This document shows positions 32,411 to 42,100 of a stretch of 53,938 nt of DNA, piece after piece. The position numbers were made by a program, and so were the translations under genes. The notes below the pieces were generated by a model that saw only the letters and a list, made by a program, of their open reading frames with translations, was not told the DNA's origin and searched no databases. The DNA is from an uncultured Burkholderiales bacterium (GTDB lineage: Bacteria > Vulcanimicrobiota > Xenobia > Xenobiales > JADMJV01), in the NCBI GenBank assembly GCA_964423525.1, contig CAYRFU010000005.1, positions 1 to 53,938 of the forward strand. Direction: 5' to 3'. The stretch's first letter is position 1. Each line of letters opens with the position of its first letter.

Positions 32411-34807
32411 ATGGTTAGCTTTCCCAGTCGCTGCGCAGCGCTAGCCTTTTTGACCGCCTTCGTAACCCTGGCGGCCCAGATCTTGATTCACCGCATGGTG
32501 TCGATCAAGCTGGTCAACAATTATGCCTTCCTCGTGATCTCTTTGACTCTTCTGGGGTTCGCCCACTCTGGGGTCATTCTGACCCCGCTGCTGGAGCGCT
32601 TCGAGCAGCGCTTCGGTGATGCTATCAGCTTCTGTACATCGGGTTTTGGGGTGGCCATGGTGCTGACTTCGGCCCTCTTCTACCGGGCCGGTATAGACTG
32701 GTTGCATCCGTTTTCGCGAACAGAATTTGTCGCTTCTTTCTGGCGCTTCATTCCTCTGGCTCTCCTCTATGCCGTTCCTTTTGTTTTCACCGGACTGATC
32801 CTGGGGGCTCTCCTCTCCCTACCGACTCTGAAAGCTCCCAGGATCTACTGTTACGACCTGGTAGGTTCGGCGCTGGGCGCGCTGGCGGCCTTACCTCTCA
32901 TCACCCAGGTGGGCGTAGAGACTTCGGTGATGCTGCTTTGTTTGTTTCTTTTAGTCGGAGGGCTGGCGCTGGTACGCCCTGACTCGGGCGCCGGTTGGTC
33001 GGCCCTGGTCTGTGGGCTGCTCTTGACTGGATTCGCGCTAGCCAAGCCCAACGCCATCTTCGCCATGAATTATGCTCAGGGAACGATCCTTGGTCGGGCT
33101 CAGATCCCGGATAACGGCTTCGAGCTAGAGCACCTGGCCTGGGACCCGCTAGCACGCATCGAGGTCACCCGGGTCCCGGTGCCTGAGCCGAAGAGCTTCG
33201 CCTACCCGGCTTTCATCGGGGGTAACGAGAAATTTCGCCAGGGCTTTCAAAGGATCATCACCCAGAACAATACCGCCTTCACTTTCGCCTATCGCTATTC
33301 GGGTGAGCCTGAAAGCCTCAAGGGCATCGAAGAGACAATCTATGCGGCCGCCTATGTGGCCAGTGATGTGGCCGAGCCGAAGGTATTGGTTATCGGCGTC
33401 GGAGGCGGATTTGACCTGCTCAACGCCCTCTACTTCGGGGCCCGAGAGGTCACGGGAGTGGAGGTCAATCCAGCCACCATCAAGATTCTCAAGAGGGACC
33501 TGAGGGACTATTTTCGCGGCTGGGTCGAGGACCCCCGGGTCCGGCTGGTCTTGGGAGAGGGGCGCTACTTTCTGACCAGCACTGAGGAGCGCTACGACGT
33601 CTTGCAGCTGTCTGGAGTCGACTCTGCTAGTGGCACCCCGGCGGCCGCCCATGTTTTTTCCGAGAACTTCCTCTATACCGAGGAGGCCTTCGATGAACAT
33701 CTGTCTCGGCTCACCGACGACGGGGTCTTGAACATGATGCGACTAGAGTGGAGCCCTCCGCGCGAGATGTTGCGCGCTCTGGCGACGGCGGTGGGGGCTC
33801 TGCGCCGGAGAGGGGTCAAGCAACCGGCTCAGCACATAGCCATAATCACGACCATTGAGGGGAACTTCACGGCTCTCCTGGTCAAACTGAAACCTTTTGA
33901 CGAGGCAGCCGTCGAGCGTCTGAGAGAGTGGACCGAGGCCAACCCCTACTTCTCCCTCTCGGCCGTTCCCGGCGAAAAGCCCGATCAGTCCAACGCCTAT
34001 CGGCACTTCTTGAGTCTGGGTGACCCCCTCCTCGAAAAAGCTTTTTTGGCCAGCTATCCTTTCGATATTCGTCCGGTGACCGATGACCGCCCCTTCTTTT
34101 TTCGCTTCTCCTACTGGTGGCACCTGACCAGTTCCAACCCTCTCGCGGCCTCGACCATTCCCGTCCTGGAACTCAGCGTCTTGCTGTTGTTGCTGACCTG
34201 CCTGTTGGCGGTAGCTCTGTGCGTTTATCTGCCGCTGAAGCTACTCTCTGAGCCGGTGGCTATTCCGTGGAGATACACCGTTTACTTTGGCGCCATCGCT
34301 CTCGGTTACCTGGCCGCAGAGATCGGCTTTATCCAGAAGTTTTCCCTGTTCCTTGGCCATCCCTATTACGCCCTCTCGGTCGTTTTAGCCGGACTGCTTT
34401 TCTTTACCGGAATAGGTTCTTTACTCTCAGAGCGATGGGCTTCTACCCCCGCAGCCCTCTTGAAGGTCAGCCTCTTGTTAGCGGTAGTGCTGGCCCTGCT
34501 GAGCCTGGCTACGTCCGGCTGGTTGACCGCCAACCTCACCCTTCCGTTTGCTGCTCGTTGCCTGATCGTGATGATGATGTTGGCCCCGGTGGGCATGTTG
34601 ATGGGCACTTTCATGCCTTCTGGTCTAGAACTGCTCAAAGCTGAGCAGCCCGCTCTAGCACCTTGGGGATGGGGCATTAACGGAATCTTCTCAGTGCTGG
34701 CGCCCATCGTTGGGATCGCCATTGCCACCACCTACGGCACCACCGTGCTCTTGCTAGCAGCGATACCGATCTATCTGCTAGGTGCGGCCGCTCTCCAAGG
34801 ACGCTAG
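32411..34807 (+). CDS. Polytopic membrane protein with a central spermidine/spermine-synthase-like domain
   Basis: 798 aa with N- and C-terminal multi-TM blocks. Central SAM-fold motif VLVIGVGGGFDLLNALYFGAREVTGVEVNP. Confidence 0.85.
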   Translation: MVSFPSRCAALAFLTAFVTLAAQILIHRMVSIKLVNNYAFLVISLTLLGFAHSGVILTPLLERFEQRFGDAISFCTSGFGVAMVLTSALFYRAGIDWLHPFSRTEFVASFWRFIPLALLYAVPFVFTGLILGALLSLPTLKAPRIYCYDLVGSALGALAALPLITQVGVETSVMLLCLFLLVGGLALVRPDSGAGWSALVCGLLLTGFALAKPNAIFAMNYAQGTILGRAQIPDNGFELEHLAWDPLARIEVTRVPVPEPKSFAYPAFIGGNEKFRQGFQRIITQNNTAFTFAYRYSGEPESLKGIEETIYAAAYVASDVAEPKVLVIGVGGGFDLLNALYFGAREVTGVEVNPATIKILKRDLRDYFRGWVEDPRVRLVLGEGRYFLTSTEERYDVLQLSGVDSASGTPAAAHVFSENFLYTEEAFDEHLSRLTDDGVLNMMRLEWSPPREMLRALATAVGALRRRGVKQPAQHIAIITTIEGNFTALLVKLKPFDEAAVERLREWTEANPYFSLSAVPGEKPDQSNAYRHFLSLGDPLLEKAFLASYPFDIRPVTDDRPFFFRFSYWWHLTSSNPLAASTIPVLELSVLLLLLTCLLAVALCVYLPLKLLSEPVAIPWRYTVYFGAIALGYLAAEIGFIQKFSLFLGHPYYALSVVLAGLLFFTGIGSLLSERWASTPAALLKVSLLLAVVLALLSLATSGWLTANLTLPFAARCLIVMMMLAPVGMLMGTFMPSGLELLKAEQPALAPWGWGINGIFSVLAPIVGIAIATTYGTTVLLLAAIPIYLLGAAALQGR

Positions 34808-34826
34808 CGGGAGCGAGTACGACACC

Positions 34827-35621
34827 CTAAAGACCCAGTGCCTTCTCGAGGTCGGGATGCCAACGGGGCTTTCGTTTATCCAAAAAGGCTCCCAGGCCTT
34901 CGCGCCCCTCATCGGAGCCGCGGGCTTGGGCGGTTGCTTGGGCGGTGATGGCGGTCTGTTCGGCGTGGGGAGTCTCCCAAATCTGACGCATGAGCGACTT
35001 GGTGGCGGCCTGAGCCCCGGTGGCTCCAGACAGCAACGCCCTGACCGTCTTGTCGACCTCCTCGTCGAGATTGTCGGCCACGGCGTGAACCATTCCGATG
35101 CGAAGCGCCTCCTCGGCCCCGAAACGGCTGCCCGTCAAGAAGCGAGCCCGAGCCTCGGAAAACCCGAGCCGACGCATCACGAAGGGGGAGATCACCGCGG
35201 GAACGATGCCCAAGCGCACCTCGGTAAAGCCGAAGAGAGCTTTGGGGCCGGCGATGGCCAGGTCCACACTGCAAACTAAGCCGCTTCCTCCTCCCAGAGC
35301 TGCCCCCTGAACTCTGGCCACCACAGGTTTGGGGCAACGGTCGATGGTCTCAAAAAGATTGGCCATGCGTCGGCCAGAAGCGCGGTTCTCGTCATCACTG
35401 GCGTGAGCCTGAGAACGCATCCAATCGATATCGGCCCCAGCTGAAAAAGATTTTCCCTCGCCAGCCAGCACGATCACTCGGGCGGCCGGGTCCTGAGCCA
35501 GGTTCTCGAAGGTTTGATTGAGTTCCTCAATAACGGTGGCGTTGAAGGCGTTGTGGACTTCCGGTCGATTGAGGGTCACCCGGGCCACACCCCGGTCGAT
35601 AGCGATTTTGATGGTTTCCAT
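34827..35621 (-). CDS. Enoyl-CoA hydratase/isomerase (crotonase) family protein
   Basis: VTLNRPEVHNAFN and LAGEGKSFSAGADIDWM motifs. Confidence 0.9.
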   Translation of the reverse strand: METIKIAIDRGVARVTLNRPEVHNAFNATVIEELNQTFENLAQDPAARVIVLAGEGKSFSAGADIDWMRSQAHASDDENRASGRRMANLFETIDRCPKPVVARVQGAALGGGSGLVCSVDLAIAGPKALFGFTEVRLGIVPAVISPFVMRRLGFSEARARFLTGSRFGAEEALRIGMVHAVADNLDEEVDKTVRALLSGATGAQAATKSLMRQIWETPHAEQTAITAQATAQARGSDEGREGLGAFLDKRKPRWHPDLEKALGL

Positions 35622-35699
35622 CGCCGGAGCTTTTGCCCCCTCGGCAGGAATCCTTCCAGGAAGGTCCGAGTTCGGCCAGAGCAGAAGCAGCTTGGATAT

Positions 35700-37004
35700 A
35701 TGAAGACAGAAAACAAGCGATATGGAATTCTAGTGGGTGGTGGACCAGCCCCTGGAATCAACTCGGTGATCAGCTCCGTGACCATCGAGGCGACCAAGCG
35801 CGGCCACACGGTGATCGGAATCTACGACGGCTTCCGACACCTGATGGACGGTAACACCAAGATCGAGTTCCTGACCATCCCCAAAGTGACTCGAATCCAT
35901 CGCCTCGGCGGCAGCATTCTGCACACCTCACGAGCCAATCCCACCAAGAACGAAGTCCATCTCCGCAATACCGTCGAGACCCTCAAAGACATCGGGATCA
36001 CCCACCTGGTCACGATCGGCGGCGACGACACCCTCTTTTCAGCTACCACAGTAGCCGAGTATTCGCGGAAATACCTCAACCACGAGTTGTCCTTCTGCCA
36101 CGTGCCCAAAACGATCGACAACGACCTCCCGCTGCCGGCGGGCATCCCTACCTTCGGATTCGAGACGGCTCGAGCCGAAGGAGCCCGAATGATCTCCACC
36201 TACTTCACCGATGCACGCGCTACCGGCCGCTGGTTCGTGGTCGTGGCCATGGGCCGAAAGACCGGCCATCTCGCTCTGGGAATCGGCAAGTCAGCCTCGG
36301 CCACCTTGACGCTCGTGCCCGAGGAGTTCCCCAACCGGCTCAGTCTGCCCCTGATCGTAGACACCATCGCGGGCTCGGTGATCAAGCGGCTGGCCCTGGG
36401 TCGCCCTCACGGCGTGGCTATCGTGGCCGAGGGATTCCTGGAATTCCTCGACGAGGGAGAGCTGAAAAAGCTCCTGACCAGCCACCAATTCCTGGAGCAC
36501 GACGAGCACGGCCACCTGAGGCTGGCTGAGCTCAATTTCTCGGACATCCTCAAATTCTCCCTGCGCAAGCGCCTGGCCGAGTTCGGTATCGACCTCCGTA
36601 TCATCGACCAGGAGATCGGCTACGAGCTCCGCTGCGTCCCCCCCTGTGCCTTCGACATCGACTACACGCGCAATCTCGGCTTCGGGGCGGTCGACTTTCT
36701 TGAGAACGGAGGGACGAGCGCGATGATCACCATTCAAGGCGACCGCTTTGTGCCCATGACCTTCGCCGATCTTCAGGACGAGAGCACTGGCAAAACCCGG
36801 ATCCGAGCCGTTGATATCCGGTCTCTTTCCTTTCGCATCGCTCGCGAGTATATGATTCGCTTAAACAGGACCGATGTCGAAAACGAAGAGACCCTTCGTC
36901 GCTTGGCCTCGGTCGCTCACCTCTCGCCCGAGCAGTTCCGTCAAGAGTTCGACCACGTCCTGACCGACTACGTCCCGGTCGACCCAGTCCCGATTCAAGC
37001 CTGA
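35700..37004 (+). CDS. pfp: 6-phosphofructokinase, PPi-dependent-type signature
   Basis: Start taken at ATG 35700 (MKTENKRYGILVGGGPAPGIN). GGDDT replaces the GGDGS of ATP-dependent enzymes. PKTIDNDL is present. Confidence 0.85.
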   Translation: MKTENKRYGILVGGGPAPGINSVISSVTIEATKRGHTVIGIYDGFRHLMDGNTKIEFLTIPKVTRIHRLGGSILHTSRANPTKNEVHLRNTVETLKDIGITHLVTIGGDDTLFSATTVAEYSRKYLNHELSFCHVPKTIDNDLPLPAGIPTFGFETARAEGARMISTYFTDARATGRWFVVVAMGRKTGHLALGIGKSASATLTLVPEEFPNRLSLPLIVDTIAGSVIKRLALGRPHGVAIVAEGFLEFLDEGELKKLLTSHQFLEHDEHGHLRLAELNFSDILKFSLRKRLAEFGIDLRIIDQEIGYELRCVPPCAFDIDYTRNLGFGAVDFLENGGTSAMITIQGDRFVPMTFADLQDESTGKTRIRAVDIRSLSFRIAREYMIRLNRTDVENEETLRRLASVAHLSPEQFRQEFDHVLTDYVPVDPVPIQA

Positions 37005-37443
37005 ACGGGACCCTGTAGTGTCGGCTCCTGTTGGAGCGAGCGAATGCCCGGCCTGCGAGAGTGAACCAAAAGCTTAAGAAGTTGTAAACTTTTTCGCAAA
37101 GAGTCCAATCGGAGAGGATCCTCGCACGGCGCCGTTGTAGAGGTTCAACAACCGCCTATGTCTTCTTAAGGACCACCATGCACGAGGCTCTTAAAAAATC
37201 AATCTCGGTGGAGTTGGTCTCGTTCGTCGGAGAGAAAACCGATTCTCTACCGAAGACCAGACCGCTGCCACGTCTGCAAGTGACACCCAGCCAATTGACG
37301 AAGCATCGATCACTGAGGACGACCCAAGGGTCATTGCTGAGGCTAAGGGGAAGCCCAAACGAGAAAGTCGCGAGACTGGGACAACCCCGCCCCCGGCTTC
37401 CGAACCAAGCCCGACGGAAGTAGCCACCGGCATCGACGGCATC

Positions 37444-38487
37444 GTGCGAACGGTCGAAACGACCGCCCGTGGGAGCTTGGTAGAACTTGAACCGACCACC
37501 TCTTTGGTGGCCCCGGCCGGTCGCAATCCCTTCGCTGCCCACCTCAAGGCGGAACGTCCTCCCACCAGCCTGAGGACTGAAAGCTTCAATCTTTTTCAGC
37601 ACGATAGCCAAGGAGAGTTCGTTTGGAAGAAAGACGGGCCTCCCTCATCAGGCCACATTCACACCCACCCGATCGGGGTCCACGTTCACAGCGAAACGGG
37701 CGAGAGAATTCTTGTTAAGGGTGGCCCCAGCCACACCTTACGCGCGGATTTCGCTACCTCCAGATTCATGGAGATCGCTGATTTGGAAGCTCCCAGGTCT
37801 AGTCTCATCAAAGATGAAAAAGGGTTGCTCCTAGGGATCGAATTCTTGGAGGGCTACGAAGGAGGCATGGAGCTCCCCGAGCGCTTCCACGATGACGAGC
37901 GAATCCAAAAGGGTCTCCTAGTTCAGACCATGGTCTTCAACTACGACTGTGTCCCCTGGAACTTTATGTGGGAGAAGGAAGGCGGCCAGGGAGTTTCCTT
38001 CATCGACTTTGGCGCGAGTTGTGGTTCCCGAGCCCAGGGCGGTTTTAACGGTTTCCCCGACAAAGTGGACGCCGAGCAGCTCAGGCACGTCTTGACTAAT
38101 CCGCAGTTTGGCGGGCCCGCCAACCCGGCTTTTGACAACCTCGTTCCTCTTGCCCAGGTAGAGAAAGGCCAAATTGTCGTCAAGAAACCTGAACTGATGC
38201 GGGAAATGGTGACAACTCTCTCAAGAATCACTGACGAGTCTATCGATACAGTCGTTAGAGAAGCCTGGGAAGACATCCCTCGCGAAGAATCCCTAGCAGA
38301 TCTGCAAGGCCGACTTGCGAAGCTGGACTCGAAAAGTGAGTACAAATCCTCGTTGGCGCGACAGACCATTCAGGTCATTCTCGACGACTTCGAAGGAGAC
38401 CAGGCCGCCTATTTTGCTCACGCCCTCAAGGGCCGGCGAGACAGCCTTCTGGAAATGTTCAAACCCCATACGAGATCCGACTCATGA
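37444..38487 (+). CDS. Atypical protein-kinase-fold protein (hypothetical)
   Basis: GTG 37444 is the first canonical start in a frame open from 37195. Motif order is ILVK(92)G, E110, NYD(168)CVPWN(173)FMW, then FID(188)FG, with kinase-like spacing. Confidence 0.65.
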   Translation: MRTVETTARGSLVELEPTTSLVAPAGRNPFAAHLKAERPPTSLRTESFNLFQHDSQGEFVWKKDGPPSSGHIHTHPIGVHVHSETGERILVKGGPSHTLRADFATSRFMEIADLEAPRSSLIKDEKGLLLGIEFLEGYEGGMELPERFHDDERIQKGLLVQTMVFNYDCVPWNFMWEKEGGQGVSFIDFGASCGSRAQGGFNGFPDKVDAEQLRHVLTNPQFGGPANPAFDNLVPLAQVEKGQIVVKKPELMREMVTTLSRITDESIDTVVREAWEDIPREESLADLQGRLAKLDSKSEYKSSLARQTIQVILDDFEGDQAAYFAHALKGRRDSLLEMFKPHTRSDS

Positions 38488-38524
38488 GAATCCTTCCTAG
38501 AAACTCACCGAGTTTAGACCGACC

Positions 38525-39067
38525 ATGAACAGCGAAGTGAAAGCTCTTATTTCCAGGCTACAGGCCTGCGAGAGGTATAACGATACCACGATGATACTTC
38601 AGAATCTGACTGAAGACGCCAGTGGAGCACGGCTCGCTAAAGGAGTGAGAATCGAGGTCGGACCGATAGGTCGGATCAAGAGAGAGTCGGAAGCCCTTTC
38701 TCGAATCGAAGCCCTAGATTTGAGCTTCGCTCCGAAGCTGGTAGAAGTCATCGAAAAGGACGACTTCGGAGTTCTGGTGACACGGCTCGGAACTCATGAC
38801 GACCAATCTGTTCGCCAGGAGGAATTTGGCTACGAACCAGATTTCCGACTTTCGGTGCAAGCCAAACAACGACTCTACCGTGACGTGGACATGCTGACAA
38901 ACGCAGAACTCTACAATGGCGCCGTCCACAGATATGGGTGTTGGTATGTTCACAATGCTACTGACCAACTAGTCGTCTTGCCCTGGTTCCGCCTGACCGA
39001 GGACGAGTCGCTCGAAGAGCGGGAATCCTGTCGACAGGACTTCAAGCGAATGGTGGAGCTATCCTGA
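38525..39067 (+). CDS. Hypothetical protein (180 aa), possibly a degenerate small kinase-like fold
   Basis: The ORF fills the gap between its neighbours. RESEALSRIEALDLSFAPKLVEV resembles the N-lobe of APH/RIO-type kinases. No catalytic motif and no strong SD. Confidence 0.55.
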   Translation: MNSEVKALISRLQACERYNDTTMILQNLTEDASGARLAKGVRIEVGPIGRIKRESEALSRIEALDLSFAPKLVEVIEKDDFGVLVTRLGTHDDQSVRQEEFGYEPDFRLSVQAKQRLYRDVDMLTNAELYNGAVHRYGCWYVHNATDQLVVLPWFRLTEDESLEERESCRQDFKRMVELS

Positions 39068-39109
39068 ATCAGCAGTTGATGTGCTGAGAAGGAGCTGCTG
39101 GAGGCCGAG

Positions 39110-42100
39110 ATGTTCAACAAGCTCAACCAAATAGCCGGACAGAAGTTCCAACCGGCTCCCAAGCTCGCTAGTAGCAATCCACTCTCAGTGGAACCGGCCC
39201 TGCCAGAGCCGCTAGACGAGAAATCAACTCCCACCCTGAAGCCTTTTTCGGTCTACAGTAACAAAGAGTTTAAACCCCTGCCACTAGTCGAGGGTCTAGA
39301 CTACAAGCCTGCATATTCCAGTATTGAGAGCTTCTCAGAAGAGGAAACCTCTTCTGAGGAAAAGGAATCGTTTACCCACCAACCTGCCCATCTCTTTCCC
39401 CCCCCGCCCAAGTTACTGGTAGACTTAGATGAACCTCTTTCGAACTTCACGTCTTTTAAAGCGCACTCCCTCTCCACCGCCTTTATGACTGCAAGCCTTC
39501 GGAGTATGGTTGATGGGTCAAATTCCAACTACAAGGGTCTGGCCAAAGCCCACGGAGTAAAATCAGACATGCACGTTGGCGTGGAGCTTGAACCAGCTCT
39601 CGGTCAAGGCGCCGCCGAGAAGAGACTAATAGAATGGCGAATGGGTCAAGTCATCTCTCTCCTCGACGGGGGGCATCACGAAGTTGCCAAAGCAGTCGCT
39701 GAAGGTAAGCATGATCAACTTCTGGGGAAGTCTGTCCTAGAATCGAAGACCTCGGCTCAGAAGTCACCAGTGGCCAAAGTCAAAGCCTGGTTTGGCAAAG
39801 TGATTGAAGCCTTAACAAAGACGACGAAAGACCCGAGTTTCGCCCTGGCCGTTTCGATGACAACCGGCACTACTGGACCCGTCCTCTCATCAACCTCGGA
39901 AGCACTCAAGACACCTGATGAGACTGCTGAAGGCCCCTCGCCAACCAGCCCACCATCTGAAAAGGTCCTCGTTCCCCCCCTGTGGGGGAACAAAGTGACC
40001 TCGTCTACCCAATTAAACGAGTTGCTGGACGAGGTGGTGGAGATCCTTCTCAAGCCTACGCCCAGAAAATTCCGAGACGAGAGTGATTCAGTCGACCAAG
40101 AAACTTCATCGACTCAGCCAGTTACCAGACCCGAAAAGACCGAGGTCAAGACCGGCCAACTTTGCCTTGACCTGGGCCGATTGGGGCCGAAGTTCGGTGA
40201 CCGTTTGCCGGAGCCAGATACAGCAGAAACCAGTCAACCCGAATCGGCACCATCCGATCACAAAGATCAGTTCAAGCTGGACCTCTCACTCTACCAAAGC
40301 ACCCGGGACTGGCCGGGTGCTGAAATTGATTGCCATGAGTGGTCCTTAGAACTTGCCCGTGACCCAGATTATCGAGCAGAAACTGTTCCAGAAAACCTGA
40401 GAGCCGTCCGGGTCGGCATTCCTGGTCGGATTCGAACGGCAGCCGAGCTCAACGATCAACAGGTCACCGAGGTTCTCAATGCCCAACTCCAACCCGTCTC
40501 CATAGCCGCTGTCGGCGAGTTACTAGACCAGTTTCCCCACGATAAAAGGCCGCTAGCAACCGCTGCTCTGGAAGTGCTTTCCCGTTCTGCTAGTCTGGAC
40601 CACTATCAAAGCTTGGCCGACCACATTGAACTTAGGGGCAAGCCAGAAGAGGAAAACGGCAGTCACAAACCCGTAAAACTCTACTCAGAAGCTGATGGCT
40701 CGCTCGCCGACGCCTTACGCTACACCGTTTCGCGCAAGAGACTGTTCGATTGCAAAAGCCCTATCGAGTTGACTAATTGCAAAGACGAAGAACCCTGTCT
40801 TCTCCTCGATCAGGCCATGGTCAAACGACTAGAAGACAGCCCAGAGCTGGTCGATGAATTCGTGAAGGCCAAATCGCCGGTCCTCTGCCCTTCCATTCAG
40901 ATCGCAGGATGCAACCCTTCCACCGTAGCGAGTGCGGAGAGCCTACAGCCGAAACTGTCATCAATTGTAGCCGCAGCTGAGAAGGCGAAAGAAGCTGGCG
41001 TCAAGGCCTCATCGGATACCGATCTAGTCGAGCAGGTCCTCGACAGTTTGGCACGTGAGCGCCTGGCAGCGATCAACCCAGCCCTGCTTGACCGTTACGA
41101 AACAGTTCCGATCAAGCCGTTGAAAACCGATGAAAGCGCAGGAGAACTAGACACTCAGGCCCGGATCGCCTACCAGCTTAACGGAAGCCAGGCCATTACT
41201 CTCGAACAAACGACAAAGATACTCGACAAAGTCCCAGAAGAGTGGAGGTCAATGGCTCGTGAATTGGTCAGCCAAAATTCCGAGGTCCAAAGCCCGAGGG
41301 CGATGTCCCAACTAGCCCGTACACAACTTCGCCGAATCCACGAGTTTGCTAAAACCGTTGGAGTCGAAGCTGAGGACATCCGTTTCGTTGTATACGACTC
41401 CAAAAAGAGCTACGGAGTTTATAGTCACCTTTTTAAGGAAGCCAATCTGAACCAGCTACGACCTTCGCAATTTGTAAGCCAAGGGGCACTCCCGGACGTT
41501 CGCGAAAACCTCAAAGGCAAAAAGCAACTCTATGTAATTTTGGATGACTATGCCGGCTCAGGCGAAAGCCTCTTAATTGACGCCCGTCGTAGGGTCCGTA
41601 ACCTGGTCGGAAAGGATCCTCAAATCGTCTGCGCCCCTTCAATTTCAACGACGCAAGCTTTTGAGGCGCTCAACAGAGCTCGGAGGCCAACGATCGACCC
41701 CAACTGCCAGCTGATAGCAGGTCGGGTTATCGCTTGTGTCGAGGATAGCCCCCTGGCTATTGAAGGCGACAGAGCCTACCGATCAGCTGTCATCGGCGGA
41801 CTTGGCGATGACTGCGGATGGAGTCGGACTGGTTCCTGCGTCTCCCTACCTTACATGGGCCCGGATAACAACGGCTCCCTCTTCGGGGGAGACATGTTTA
41901 ACCCTTTCTTCGTCATCAATGGCAATACGTCCGCCTGTAAATCGGCAGGGCAGGTGAGGCCGATCACCGACCTTCTTGAGCCTGTCGCGCGGGGGGAACT
42001 TCAAGCGCTCGGTCACGACCTTGAACAAAGGCCGAGTCTCAAAGGAGAGGATGTGGAGCCGCTCGGTGACCGCGTCATCGAAGTTCTCGCCTTAGCCGAA

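Noticed and set aside
35514-35699. Upstream extension of the phosphofructokinase ORF
   Set aside because: It overlaps the divergent enoyl-CoA hydratase gene. The conserved PFK N-terminus (YGILVGGGPAPGIN) begins right after ATG 35700.
37156-37611. Two overlapping minus-strand ORFs (151 and 132 aa)
   Set aside because: They are antisense to the open frame leading into the kinase-like gene. Their translation is Arg/Gly/Ser-rich and junk-like, with no SD.
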